Shown here: one piece after another, positions 1 through 12,968 of the stretch
Layout of the letters: each line of letters begins with the position of its first letter
How positions within the stretch are numbered: the first letter of the stretch is position 1
Assembly (NCBI GenBank): GCA_950097015.1
Contig: CATNEN010000011.1
Span: 5,456,001-5,520,000 of the forward strand
Direction of reading: 5' to 3'
Source of the DNA: Macrostomum hystrix
Lineage: Eukaryota; Animalia; Platyhelminthes
DNA length: 64,000 bases
Notes under the pieces: model-generated
The model's input: only the letters and a program-made list of their open reading frames with translations
What the model was told of the DNA's origin: nothing
Database searches by the model: none
Made by a program: the position numbers and the translations under genes

Positions 1-551
1 TATACACATGATGGCGGTGTTTAACTGCACAAAACAAAAGAATTGCCGATTAGGAGGAGAGAGAAATGCGAGAGACGGGCGTTCACCCGCTGTTCGAAAA
101 AAAGAGAGGGAAAGCAGTAGAAAGGCATGTGGCTGGTTGGTTATTAAGCATTGCAAATTGTTTGTTTGGCTCACAAAATAAGACTGGGGGTTGGCTTGGG
201 GCAAATCTCTCTGAGTCCAAAGTTGCTGCTGCTGCTCAATATTACTCGTAGAATTCCAGTCAACGCCCTCTACAGGTTTTTGCTTTCTGCATACGTACGT
301 AATACATCTCTTTCTGGTCCAAACCATTTCTAAGTGTGTGATGCGAGAGTAAAGGCTCGCGTCTTCATCTCTTTCCATTCAGTATATGATTGCTATTTAG
401 CTCTGGGCAGAGAGGCTGGAGGGGTGGTTGGAAAAAACAGATGAAAAGGGCGATGTCTAGCTCAGAAAATAGAACTGAGCTGCTTTTAGGAGGCCGACTT
501 TGCTGCTGCTTGAAACAGACAGATTCAAACTCTGTTAAAAAAACCAATTAG

Positions 552-3500
552 ATCAGGAGGATAATGGTGCTCACAAACAAGGAGGCGTCGTTTGTAATTC
601 ACGCGACTGGTCAGGGCAATCCGGAGGTGAAAATCACAGGTGAGGATGATGTCACAGCATCTTACATTGTTATTAGCGCGACTAAAACAACTATAATACG
701 AGTAGATTATTTATTAGATAACAGACTAATTGTGTGTGTGTGTCCAGCGCTATAGTCAGGTGAGCTCTATCCTTATTATTTTAACTTTTATTAACGTTTG
801 TCTCATTATAATTACAATATCGGTAATCAATAGCCTAATTTACATACCCTTTGTTTGTCTCACAAGCTGTTCGCTGTTCAATTAACTACTTAATCTAGTC
901 TTTGTAGCACCTAATACAATAATAAAGAGCAATTGTAGCTCATCAGAGGACGTTTTCAACGCAAAACAATCAACCTCACCAATCAACAAAGCACTTCAGG
1001 CCCAGTGCTGTCATGCCAAGGTAAGGTAAGTCTATTGTTATCCGAGTCTTGTCTAGTGCTTTTCTAAGAAACACCGGACCACCCGCAGATCCCAGCGGCA
1101 GGCTGGTCGACTTCAAGCGACAGACGCGAGGCAACGGCCTGGAGATCCGATGGACACCCAGGGTCAATGGGCCCCACCAAATTCGAGCCATTGGCCCGAA
1201 CGGGCAGACAATGCCGGGCTATCCGGCCACGGTGAATGCGTACGATCCCAGGCAGGTGCGAGTGCTGCAGAAAACCCATCCGGCTCGACTGTCTGAGCCC
1301 GTACACTTTGAAGGTCAGATCCGAGTTAGGCCTTGAGAAGCTCAGTTGAAATTTTACTTTGGACTAAATCGTTACATTGTTCGTTATTAATCGTATTAAC
1401 TTTCTTGGACGGAGCCTTGTGTGTCATTGTGCATTTATTCTACTTCGCTAGACCAATATTTTAAAGGCCAACTACTATTAGTAGAGCAATCAGTTCTGTA
1501 AGGCGTCTGACTGTCCAATTAAGGTCTAGGGACAAACTCCAAGGCACAGTGACATTCTACACTGCCTGACGATGAGAAAGTCAAGGCAGGTGTACACACC
1601 TGCGTGAGTGTGTGCTCAATGGTCAGCGGAATGGGCAGAATTGCCTCCTCGCTTCGATGTCAGTAAAGTTGGCACCCATTCAACAGCAGTGCGAACTGAA
1701 GCACCGAACTGAAATTTTTATGAGTGGAGTTGGGAATCGAATTTCCGACCTCCAGGTCGTGAGTCTGTAGCTCTAATCTATAGGCTACAACCGCTGCCTC
1801 TCATTTCAGTGGATACCTACGAAGCGGGTTCTGGCCAGCTGTCCGCAACAGCCGAGAACCTTGTCACCCGCGACATCATGGACGTAGACTGCAACCTCAA
1901 AGCGCCTTACATCTACGACCTCGTGTTTACTCCGCTGACTGAGGGCGAGCACGAGCTGCAGGTGTGCCTCAACGGGGAACTCGTGCCGACTAGACTGCGC
2001 TTTACACCCGCGTCCGAGATTGAGGCCGTCATCCTCAGCGAGATGCAGCTCGATGACAAGACCTACGAAGCCCCGGTGCGGCGCCAGCCTTCCAAACCGA
2101 AGCAGCAGCCGTCGAGGCCGGCGCCGAATCGCGACTATGACGGCACCGACGGTGGTGGAGGGCCCTACCAGGCGCACATTGTGGTGACAGCCGATCTGGA
2201 CAAGCTCAACTTCGACATGCCAGTCGCTGACTACGGAACCAAAACCAATTCTCCGTCGAGCACCTTGAGGTCAAACAAGTCAATCGGCAGTCTAGCTCCC
2301 GTCGTTGAAGTCCAGGTGCCTCAGTACGTGCCGATTCACCACACCATCGAGTTCGAGATCAGCGGCATCCCGACTAAGGCGGCCTTCCGGGTGTCGGTGA
2401 AGAACCCGCACGGCCAGATGGAGCAGTGCGAGAACCGACGCAGCGGCAGCCAGCTGTTCATCACCTTCACGCCGCACCTGTCCGGAGCCCATCGATTCTT
2501 CGTCGAGGTCAACAATCGGTATGTTTCTGACACAGAGAAGCCACCTTATTGTCTGGCGTTCGACTGGACCAAGATCACATCCAAGCTGAAATCGCCTGTT
2601 GGGTTCCTGGACGAGCCTGTCGTCGTTGAAGTGGACGCATCGAAATGCGGCGGCGGCCTTGTTGAGTGCGTGGTGAAGCTGCGCAAGACATTCTCGTATC
2701 AGGGCAGTCTCATTGTGGCGGACTCGGAGTCGGTGGCAAATGACGAGTCAGATGCCGGCTCGATCGCCTCGAGATCAAGAAACTACGGCTCGCTAATCAC
2801 GACTAAGCCCGATGACCGGTGAGAAACGAAAAATAATTTATTCTCACAACACTTTTGTGGGTCATATTGGTTGTCATGTGTTTAAATAGCACTAAAAGCC
2901 CCCAATTCCCTTCTCACCTGGGGCTAATTAACAGTAGATATACAACGGGGGGATTTCAAATACCCACACTTTCACGAAAAGCGGTCATTCACCTGTGGGA
3001 GCTAACTTTTTACCTGTCACCTGTTAGCTCATAGCTAACTTTACCCATTCCAGGTACATGATCTCATTCAACCCCGACCGAGCCGGAGTCTACGAGCTAA
3101 ATGTCACCTACGACAACTTCCCCATCCCCGACTCGCCGTTTGTCGTCTCTGTCGTGGACTTCCCGGCTATCCGGCTCTCGGGCCAAGGCCTTCGCGTGGC
3201 CCCGATCTTCTCGGTTGCCTGGTACCGCATCGAGGTGATCAACGGCCCGTCTAAACACCTCAGCATCACGGTGACCAATCCGCTCAATCTGCCCGTGGAC
3301 TGCACCTTGACAAAGTGGAATGACGGCCTTCTGTGCGAGTGGACCCCGGATCTGGTTGGCATGTATCACTTGCAGATCTTCCTTGGCGACCGGCTGCTCG
3401 ACAAGAGCTCCTTCGAGTGCCACGCCTACGACATCGATCGGGTCAAGGTTGTCGAGTACGACAAGGTGAGTTTCATTGTCTACATTAAATTATGACGTCA

Positions 3501-6500
3501 TTTTGGATTCACCAACCAAGCCAGACTGCACCGGCACTCAGGTGGGCATTGTTGGCCAACGGATGAGATTCGAAATCAACGCCGAGGGCGCCAGCGGCGA
3601 CGGCGTCTCCGAGATTGTGCCCTTAGTCCTGCCGTTGAGCGAGTACAAAACCCTGCAGGACAAGAAGGCGGCCGCCCTGAGTCAGTCGGAAGCCGGACTC
3701 CCACTGGAGCTGCGAACCAAGAGCCAGAATGTTGTGGAGTATAGCTTTGTGCCGGCGGAGGGCCAGCAGCACGTTATTGAGGTCTTTTTTAACGCGCAGT
3801 CGTTGCAGCGTGAGTCCTCTGCTTGAGCTCGCTTCTGTCTTTATTTTTCGTTTATATTTTTGTGCGTATGTACGGCTGCTGTTCAGTCCATGGACTGGGG
3901 GGACAACGCCACACCAACCCTCAATTACCTCAGCTAAAGGACACAACTTTTTCCAGTGTAGTCTGGAATCGAACCCCAGACCTTTAAGTCGTTAGTCAGA
4001 CGCTCTAACCACTAGGCATTGGTGGTTCACGTTCTTCATTCTACACTGTTAAAACGCATTCGCATTGTTTCCAGAGTGTCCAATCATGGTGTACGTTCTG
4101 TCCGAGCTCGACATCATCAACCAGCTGGCGCCCACCAGTTTTCCCTGGGTGCCGTGCCGCGTGGAGACTCGGCTTCGTTTCGGCACCCGGCTGGAGAACT
4201 ACCAGCTGAATGTGCAGCCGGACCGACTGGCTGCCGTGGTCCGAGGTTCGAGTCGCAAGGATACACACACGCGCGCACACTTAGAATCATAGAATAATTT
4301 GTAGGATTGTTTAATTATTATAAGACTGCGGCTAAATTTACTCCTAACTCGCTTCCAATTCCTAAACTAGCTCCGTCCCGCGGTGTCCTGTCCAATCGCG
4401 TGTCAACCCAACGCGACACCGGCGAGTTTCACGTGCACTTCACGCCACAGGAGGCCGGGCCTCATCTGGTCGAGATGAGCTACGGCGGACAGCCAATCAA
4501 AGGCAGCCCGTTCACCGTGAATGTCTATGACCCGAGCCGGCTGAAGATCACCTACGAGGATCGGGTGACCATCACGCGGCCTGCCACGGTGCTCGTCGAC
4601 CTGACCGAGGCTGGCGAGGCGCCGTTGCAGTTGAAAGTCGCCCCACCGTCTGGCAGTCACCTGGCTGTGCTGGTGAGCTGCAAGACGGGTTGCTGGGTCA
4701 TGGTAGTCTGTTTAGTTAGATCATAGGTCATTGCGGTCTTTTGACTAGTGGAGCGTCGGACCCACGACTTAAAGGTCGCGGGTTCGATTCAAATCGGTAC
4801 AATTAGTGTTCTTTAGCAGGACACTTAACTCTGAATTGCTTCAGATACAGAGTGAACTTAATTAAGACTTAACCCGGCTAATTAGTAGGTACCAGGGGTT
4901 ATTGAGGGTGGGTGTGGCGTCCCCTTCAGTCCATGGACAGAATAGCTGTACGCAGCCTTCTGATACCCAGCGTAATAGCTACGGCTGCTGTCGGCTGCAC
5001 ATCTGGCCCAATTGGGGCAGGTGTAATCAGATATTGATTATTATTAGGTCATAGTGAATCATGGTGGATTTTTAGGTCATAGTGGATTTTTAGGTCATAG
5101 TGGATTTTTAGGTCATAGTGGATTTTTAGGTTATAGTGGATTTTTAGGTCATAGTGGATTTTTAGGTCATAGTGGATTTTTAGGTCATAGTGGATTTTTA
5201 GGTCATAGTGGATTTTTAGGTCATAGTGGATTTTTAGGTCATAGTGGATTTTTAGGTCATAGTGGATTTTTAGGTCATAGTGGATTTTTAGGTCACATGG
5301 ATTTTTAGGTCATAAGTGGATTTTAAGGTCATAGTGGATTTTTAGGTCATAGTGGATTTTTAGTTCATAGTGGATTTTTAGGTCATAGTGGATTGGTAGG
5401 TCAGAATTTTTTGACAGCAAACAACTTTAGAAGGCTCATCGTCTAGCTCTAGCTCATCGGCAAATGAAGCAATCACCACCACGAACTTGTACAGGAGGTC
5501 CCATCCGGTCAGGCGGGAGTGACTCGCTTCGACTACGTACCAGCGGAGCTCGGCATCCACGAGCTGACATTGTTTTTTAACGGTGCCGAAGTCGAAGGCT
5601 GCCCGCTCCAGCAGGTGGCCCGCAGCCCGGAGATGGCGGTGGCGCACGGAGAGGGCCTTGTAGAAGCCCAGCTGCACCGGCCCACTCACTTCTTTGTGGA
5701 TCCCAAGGGCCAGCGGGGCGACGTTTTCGTGCAAGTCGACGGTAAATATGTCTAACATATGTTACACTGCGCCTAACCTGTTAGACAACACCATGTCTAG
5801 CCCACAGATGTCTAACATGTAACACCCTGTCTAACAGTTGACAACCTGTCCAACAGGTAAAAACCTGTCTAACAGGTGAAACTCCTGTCTAACAGGAGAA
5901 ACTCCTGTCTAACAGGTGAAACTCCTGTCAAACAAGTAACAACCTGTCAAACAGGTGACACTCCTGTCTAACAGATAATTCACCTGTCTAACAGGTGAAT
6001 GGTGAAACTCCTGTCTAACAGGTAACACCCCGTATAACAGATGAAACTACCTGTCTAACAGTTGAAATTCCTGTCTAACAGGTAACACCCTGTCTAATGT
6101 GTGACACCCTCCCAACCCACTCAGGTCCGACTTCAATCAGCGCCTGCCAGGTGGAGCCCACCCATGACGGCCAGTTCAGGGTCTCCTACACGCCCAGCGA
6201 AGTTGGCCGCCACTCGGTGCAGGTTCGCTGGAATGACGAACCTATTCCGGGCAGCCCCTTCAAACCGTTGGTCATCGACCTGGCCTCCATACAGTGCCTG
6301 TCCGGCGGACCTGAGCAGGACGGCTCTCGCCAGCTGCCGCAGCTCATTGTTGGCCGACCGCACCGCATCGTGTTCGACGCGTCCCGCGCTGGCCCGGGTC
6401 GTCTGACAGCGGAAGTGTCCGGGCCGGCCAGGGAGCCGCTGAGCTGCTCTGTCAACGGCGACTCGCTGACATTCACACCGACTGTGCCCGGCGATCACCA

Positions 6501-9500
6501 GGTGGGTGGCTGCTAGCATTGATTAGTCAGCTTGTTCTAACCGGCTGTTCTAACGTGTCTAACAGGCTGTGTCTAACAGGCTGTGTCTATCAGGTTGTAG
6601 CTAACAGGTTGTACTTAGTATCTAACAGGTACAAGTGTCTTATAAAAAAATAACCCCCCTACCACCCAGGTTCGGGTGTGGTTTGGTGACAAGCCAGTGC
6701 CCAACACGCCCTACCGCGGCCTTGCCGAACTCGAAGAGCTGGTTGCTGATCACACCAAGGTCGTGCTGAGCGGCCGCGGTCTCAAGGAAGCTCGCGTCAA
6801 AGAGGAAGCTGCCTTCCTATTGGACGGCAGTCAGGCAGGTAGCGGTCGGCCGTCTATTCGGATGCTTTCAACCGATGCCGACGGAGGCCAAGTGGAAGTT
6901 CAGTGTCGCAGCATGGGCGAGGACAAGTACAAGTGCACTTATACTCCGCATAAGCCGGGCCAGTACCAGCTGCACATCAACTGGTCTGAAAGGCCATTGC
7001 GGGGCAGCCCGTTCAATGTGCAGGTTCAGGGACAGTCTGAGGCTAACAGGATAGTCTGCAGGTATGCGACTGAGAGTTATTCAATATTCTCATTGAATGG
7101 GTGAATGGGCAATGATCCCACTTTGGGATTTCTCCCACTCCCATTTCGGGATTTCTCCCACTCCCACTTCGGGATTTCTCCCGCTCCCATTTCGGGATTT
7201 CTCCCACTCCCACTTCGGGATTTCTCCCACTCCCATTTCGGGATTTCTCCCACTCCCATTTCGGCATTTCTCCCACTCCCATTTCGGGATTTCTCCCACT
7301 TCCATTTCGGGATTTCTCCCACTCCCATTTCGGGATTTCTCCCACTCCCATTTCGGGATTTCTCCCACTCCCACTTCGGGATTTCTCCCACTCCCATTTC
7401 GGCATTTCTCCCACTCCCATTTCGGGATTTCTCCCACTTCCATTTCGGGATTTCTCCCACTCCCACTTCGGGATTTCTCCCACTCCCATTTCGGGATTTC
7501 TCCCACTCCCACTTCGGGATTTCTCCCACTCCCATTTCGGCATTTCTCCCACTCCCATTTCGGGATTTCTCCCACTTCCATTTCGGGATTTCTCCCACTC
7601 CCATTTCGGGATTTCTCCCACTTCCATTTCGGGATTTCTCCCACTCCCATTTCGGGATTTCTAGCGGAATCGCATTTTAAGATAGCTGCAACAATCCCAC
7701 AAAATGATTTTCGATGGAGTCCTACCTTGGGATTTTTTTCCTTAATTTCGGGATCTTTGAAAGAATCCTCATTTAAACGGGGCGTTTGAGAAAATACTGC
7801 TTTGGGATATTTAGTATAATTCTCAATGAGGATTTTAGGAACAGATATTTTGCATTAAGGGATTTCAAATCAAAGCGATCTTGCATTAGAGTAATATGGG
7901 ATTTTAGGATTAGAGATTTACGGTGCCCTAATAAAGGGATTTAGTGATAAAAATTTAGGATTACGGGATCTAGGAAAAAGGGGTTTGGGATCAAAAGACT
8001 TGCGATCGATGAATAGGGATTCGGGAATATTGGCTTGAGATGAAAGAATTTGGGAATAAGGGATTTGGGATTTGGGATTAAGGGATTTGGAATTAAGGGA
8101 TTTGGGATTAAGGGATTTTGGATTATGGGATTTGGGATTAAGGGATTTGGGATTAAGGGTTTTGGGATTAAGGGATTTGGGATTAAGGTGTTTAGGATCG
8201 AAGAATTTGGGATTAAGGGATTTCGGATTAAGGGACTTAATATTTAAATGAAATTTTACCTGGGTGATGAGATTTAAGTGAAAGTTCCGAAAAAACCACA
8301 AGCACGACCTTACCGCTCTATTAAATCAACAGCGGCGAAGGCCTTCGCCAGGGCATCATCGGCCAGGAGATCAAGGCCACCATCGACACCCGTCGAGCGG
8401 GTCCGGGCGACCTCACTGCCCGCTGTCACGGCCCAACGAAGCCGGCCTTCTGCGAGCTGTTCGATCATCAGGACTGCGCCTACACGCTGAGCGTGCGGCC
8501 CCAGGAGCCGGGCAAGCACGTGCTGGTGATCGAGTACAACGGCGAGCAGGTGCCAGGCTCGCCATTCAGCCTGCGGGTATCGCCGGCTCCTGACGCCAGC
8601 CGGGTCAAGGTGTTCGGCCCAGGTGTTGAGCACGGCGTCATTGACAGCTTCCAGAGTCGATTCGTGTGCGAGACCAAGGGAGCTGGGGCCGGCCAGCTCA
8701 CTGTGCGGATTCGGGGGCCGAGGGGTGAGTAATGCGGATTTGAACAAATGTGTCAATGATCCCGAAATGTGTGAACAATCTCAAAATGTGTGAATGATCC
8801 CAAAATGTGTGAATGATCCGAAAAATGTGTGAATGATTCCAAAATATGTGAATGATTCCAAAATGTGTGAATGATTCCAAAATTTGTGAATGATTCCAAA
8901 ATGTTTGAATGATTCCAAAATGTGTGAATGATTCCAAAATGTGTGAATGATTCCAAAATGTGTGAATGATTCCAAAATGTGTGAATGATTCCAAAATGTG
9001 TGAATGATTCCAAAATGTGTGAATGATCCCAAAATGTGTGAATGATCCCAAAATGTGTGAATGATTCCAAAATGTGTGAATGATCCGAAAAATGTGTGAA
9101 TGATTCCAAAATGTGTGAATGATTCCAAAATGTGTGAATGATCCCAAAATGTATGAATGATCCCAAAATGTGTGAATGATTCCAAAATGTGGGAATGATC
9201 CCAAAATGTGTGAATGATCCGAAAAATGTGTGAATCATTCCAAAATGTGGGAATGATCCCAAAATGTGTGAATGATCCCAAAATGTGTGAATGATTCCAA
9301 AATGTGTGAATGATCCGAAAAATGTGTGAATGATTCCAAAATGTGTGAATGATTCCAAAATGTGTGAATGATTCCAAAATATGTGAATGATTCGAAAATG
9401 CGTGAATTATCCTAAAATTTGTGAATGATCCGAAAAATGTGTGAATGATTCCAAAATGTGGGAATGATTCCAAAATGTGGGAATGATCCCAAAATGTGTG

Positions 9501-10381
9501 AATGATTCCAAAATATGTGAATGATTCGAAAATGCGTGAATTATCCTAAAATTTGTGAATGATCCGAAAAATGTGTGAATGATTCCAAAATATGTGAATG
9601 ATTCCAAAATGTGTGAATGATTCCAAAATGTGTGAATGATTCCAAAATGTGTGAATGATTCCAAAATGTGTGAATGATTCCAAAATGTGTGAATGATTTC
9701 AAAATGTGGGAATGATCCCAAAATGTGTGAATGATCCGAAAAATGTGTGAATGATTCCAAAATGTGGGAATGATCCCAAAATGTGTGAATGATCCCAAAA
9801 TGTGTGAATGATTCCAAAATGTGTGAATGATCCGAAAAATGTGTGAATGATTCCAAAATGTGTGAATGATTCCAAAATGTGTGAATGATCCCAAAATGTG
9901 TGAATGATCCCAAAATGTGTGAATAATAAAAAAATGTGTGAATGATATTGAAAAATGTGAGAATGATGCTAAAATGTGAGAATGATGCTAAAATGTGTGA
10001 ATGATGCTAAAACGTGTGAATGAATTGAACAGGTGTGTGAATGAGTTGAACAGGTAAGTAAGTCAGATAAAGATGTGTGTTAATGTTAGTTAAACAGAAT
10101 CTCACCAAACAACAATTTCAACACATGTCATTCACCCAGGCGCCTTCCATGTCGAGATGGAACGCGAGTACCAGAAGGATCGCACCATAATGTGCCACTA
10201 CGACCCATCTGAGCCTGGCGAGTACCAGATTCACATCCGCTGGTCCGGAGCCCATGTTCCCGGCTCGCCATTCGTAGTGAACCTGTTCCGCAGCCAGGCT
10301 GAGCTGGACGACTTTTTGGCTAGAAATCCGGGCGAGGCCACCAACAGGCGCCACCAGAACGGCACCCCGTTCGAGTTCTGA
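552..10381 (+). CDS. jbug: Filamin-like protein, jitterbug/FLN-2 type (5'-partial, 12 exons, ~1374 aa in window)
   Basis: Phase-consistent GT-AG exons 552-639, 1089-1313, 1810-2818, 3054-3465, 3542-3809, 4075-4245, 4371-4672, 5495-5741, 6125-6501, 6670-7061, 8333-8724, 10140-10381 (4125 nt, no internal stop). Repeated filamin Ig motifs (e.g. FTPQEAGPHLVEMSYGGQPIKGSPFTVNVYDP). C-terminus GAFHVEMEREYQKDRTIMCHYDPSEPGEYQIHIRWSGAHVPGSPF resembles the jbug-type end as I recall it. The first exon boundary is uncertain. Confidence 0.88.
1538..1652 (+). mobile_element. SINE family A, partial
   Basis: CAAGGCACAGTG...CTGCCTGACGATGAGAAAGTC...GGGCAGAATTGCCTCCTCGCT. Confidence 0.75.
3885..4015 (-). mobile_element. 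SINE family B, partial (further partial copies at ~1670-1790, 14320-14530, 16730-16815, 23455-23530, 56365-56410, 57655-57745)
   Basis: CAGTCCATGGAC core and/or GGAATCGAACCC reverse B-box. Confidence 0.68.
4742..5035 (+). mobile_element. tRNA-derived SINE family B, full-length
   Basis: B-box GGTTCGATTC (4781-4790), AGCAGGACACTTAAC, CAGTCCATGGAC core, 3' GGCTGCACATC...GGGCAGGTGTAATCAG. Confidence 0.78.
5045..5394. repeat. 18-bp minisatellite (GGTCATAGTGGATTTTTA)
   Basis: Direct tandem periodicity, in a filamin intron. Confidence 0.95.
5775..6095. repeat. ~20-bp minisatellite (CTGTCTAACAGG core); a related short array at 6535-6630
   Basis: Tandem CTGTCTAACAGGTGAAACTC-like units. Confidence 0.88.
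7125..7661. repeat. 23-bp minisatellite (GGGATTTCTCCCACTCCCATTTC)
   Basis: Tandem periodicity. Confidence 0.95.
7890..8240. repeat. 15-bp minisatellite (GGGATTTGGGATTAA)
   Basis: Tandem periodicity, degenerate at the 5' end. Confidence 0.88.
8735..10050. repeat. 19-20-bp minisatellite (CCAAAATGTGTGAATGATT)
   Basis: Fills the last filamin intron. Confidence 0.96.
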
Positions 10382-11068
10382 TCTGGTTTCTTAGAAAATA
10401 AACTGATTAAACTTTTCAGCACGACTGTACTATTCGTTTATATGACAAAAGCAACATTAGTTTTGTTATACTAATTCCGTATATAATATAATTTACATGG
10501 ACGTGTATCTTATTTATAAATTAAGATTTTCATTCATCAAATCTTTCTATTTTTATTTAAAGTCCATTACGGCAATGCAAGAAAAGAAAGTGTGTTTTAA
10601 ATTTTTCACAGATTCAAATTTTCTGGCTAAAAATAATTTTTTTTCCTAAACTGAGATTTTATTAAATAAAAGACTATTAATATTCTTATTCTTTAACTCA
10701 GATTTCTAACAATTTCGATTTGGCAATTAACATTTGTTTGAATGAGAAAAAGAGTGGCCTAATTACTGTACCAATTCAGCTAACAATAAACAGAGTTTTT
10801 TAAACTTCAATTATGAATAAAAAAGTGCTGTGAAAATCTCTGCCTTGTTACTCATTGATTTAATTGTTTGATCTATCGGCAAATTATTTTATGCAAATGA
10901 ATTTCGAATTTTTCATTTACTTTCTGAAATTAAATTTAAGTTGTTGCGGATACTACTTATATGCGGACACTACTTATACTACTTATACGGCTTCATGACC
11001 AATACGTCGCGAGTTCGAGTCTCAGCCAAAGAGAATAAAAATGGTGTCCTTGAGCAGGACAATTATTT

Positions 11069-11430
11069 GGGTCAGTGGCAGAGCGGTCTAACGCGTCTTG
11101 CCTCTCGCACCAAGGTCCCTGAGCTCGATTCCACGGTGACGCCATATTCATATAGGGCGCTGCCGCGGAGAGAAGGCTTGGGAGCTTGTCGTGCAATTTA
11201 CGTCCTTCGGGCCAACCTCCGAGGCACAGTGAGAGTGTGCACTGCCTGGCGATAAGAAAGTCAGGCAGATGTACACACCTGTGTGAGCGTGTGCCAGCGT
11301 ACAGTATCTGAGTACGTGTGTACTCAGAGTCAGCGAAGTGGGCAGAATTGCCTTCTCGCTGGCTGCGGGTCGGGTGTCAACAAATGATTTACCATTGCAC
11401 GCAGCCCTCCTGCAATTATTACTTTTATGT
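11069..11430 (+). mobile_element. tRNA-derived SINE family A, full-length copy
   Basis: A-box TGGCAGAGCGG, B-box-like GAGCTCGATTCC, core CTGCCTGACGATGAGAAAGTCAGGGCAG, 3' end GCAGCCCTCCTGCAATTATT. Homologous to at least 7 other copies in the window. Confidence 0.8.
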
Positions 11431-11436
11431 AAAAGC

Positions 11437-11575
11437 AGTGTTGGGCGCGTTACCAAAATAAAGTAACGGCAATGGCGGCAACGATCGTTACTAACCATTT
11501 GGTAACGGAAAAATTCCAAAAATACTAACGGTCGCTACTTTTAATCGTTACTTTCAGTTTTTTCCGCTTTTACTA
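11437..11575. mobile_element. Probable one-ended hAT-like MITE remnant
   Basis: Starts CAGTGTTGGG, followed by clustered GTAACG/CGTTAC subterminal-type motifs. No partner TIR found. Confidence 0.35.
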
Positions 11576-11578
11576 TTT

Positions 11579-12696
11579 TGAGAATCAGTGGTAGAAATAT
11601 GAGAATCAGTGATAGAAATATGAGAATCGGTGGTAGAAATATGAGAATCAGTGATAGAAATATGAGAATCGGTGGTAGAAATATGAGAATCAGTGGTAGA
11701 AATATGAGAATCAGTGATAGAAATATGAGAATCAGTGGTAGAAATATGAGAATCGGTGGTAGAAATATGAGAATCAGTGATAGAAATATGAGAATCGGTG
11801 GTAGAAATATGAGAATCAGTGGTAGAAATATGAGAATCAGTGATAGAAATATGAGAATCAGTGATAGAAATATGAGAATCAGTGATAGAAATATGAGAAT
11901 CAGGGATAGAAATATGAGAATCAGTGGTAGAAATATGAGAATCAGTGGTAGAAATATGAGAATCAGTGGTAGAAATATGAGAATCAGTGGTAGAAATATG
12001 AGAATCAGTGGTAGAAATATGAGAATCAGTGGTAGAAATATGAGAATCAGTGGTAGAAATATGAGAATCAGTGGTAGAAATATGAGAATCAGTGGTAGAA
12101 ATATGAGAATCAGTGGTAGAAATATGAGAATCAGTGGTAGAAATATGAGAATCAGTGATAGAAATATGAGAATCAGTGGTAGAAATATGAGAATCAGTGG
12201 TAGAAATATGAGAATCAGTGGTAGAAATATGAGAATCGGTGGTAGAAATATGAGAATCAGTGGTAGAAATATGAGAATCAGTGGTAGAAATATTAGAATC
12301 AGTGATAGAAATATGAGAATCAGTGGTAGAAATATGAGAATCAGTGGTAGAAATATGAGAATCAGTGGTAGAAATATTAGAATCAGTGATAGAAATATGA
12401 GAATCAGTGATAGAAATATGAGAATCAGTGGTAGAAATATGAGAATCAGTGGTAGAAATATGAGAATCGGTGGTAGAAATATGAGAATCAGTGGTAGAAA
12501 TATGAGAATCAGTGGTAGAAATATTAGAATCAGTGATAGAAATATGAGAATCAGTGGTAGAAATATGAGAATCAGTGGTAGAAATATGAGAATCGGTGGT
12601 AGAAATATGAGAATCAGTGGTAGAAATATGAGAATCAGTGGTAGAAATATTAGAATCAGTGATAGAAATATGAGAATCAGTGGTAGAAATATGAGA
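11579..12696. repeat. 21-bp minisatellite (AGAATCAGTGGTAGAAATATG)
   Basis: Highly homogeneous array; source of the spurious 384-aa ORF. Confidence 0.97.
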
Positions 12697-12968
12697 GTGT
12701 TGTCACGAACTGATTTGTATTACTTTGTGTGAAAATCTTGTCAACTTTTACTGGATTATTGAAGATGTAACGTTTTCTGGTTGAAATGAGAAAATGCTTC
12801 AAGTTTCGTGAATAAGTGACAACATAAATTATTGCATTCAATTTTATTTGATGCAATATGCCTGCGTGATTACATTTAGCATGTAGTTTCGAGAAATCAC
12901 CATGAAAATTTTCAATCTAAAAATCTGCTCGTTATTCATTAGAAATGATCTTGAATTGATATTCCGAT

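Noticed and set aside
252-500. Additional filamin exons at 252-276 or 383-500
   Set aside because: Acceptor-like AGs are present, but there is no clear filamin motif or unambiguous donor, so they were left unassigned.
1566-1590. CTGACGA...GAAA in the SINE-A core as a hammerhead ribozyme
   Set aside because: Only 3 nt separate CTGACGA from GAAA (no stem II) and there is no stem III; a simple hairpin explains the sequence.
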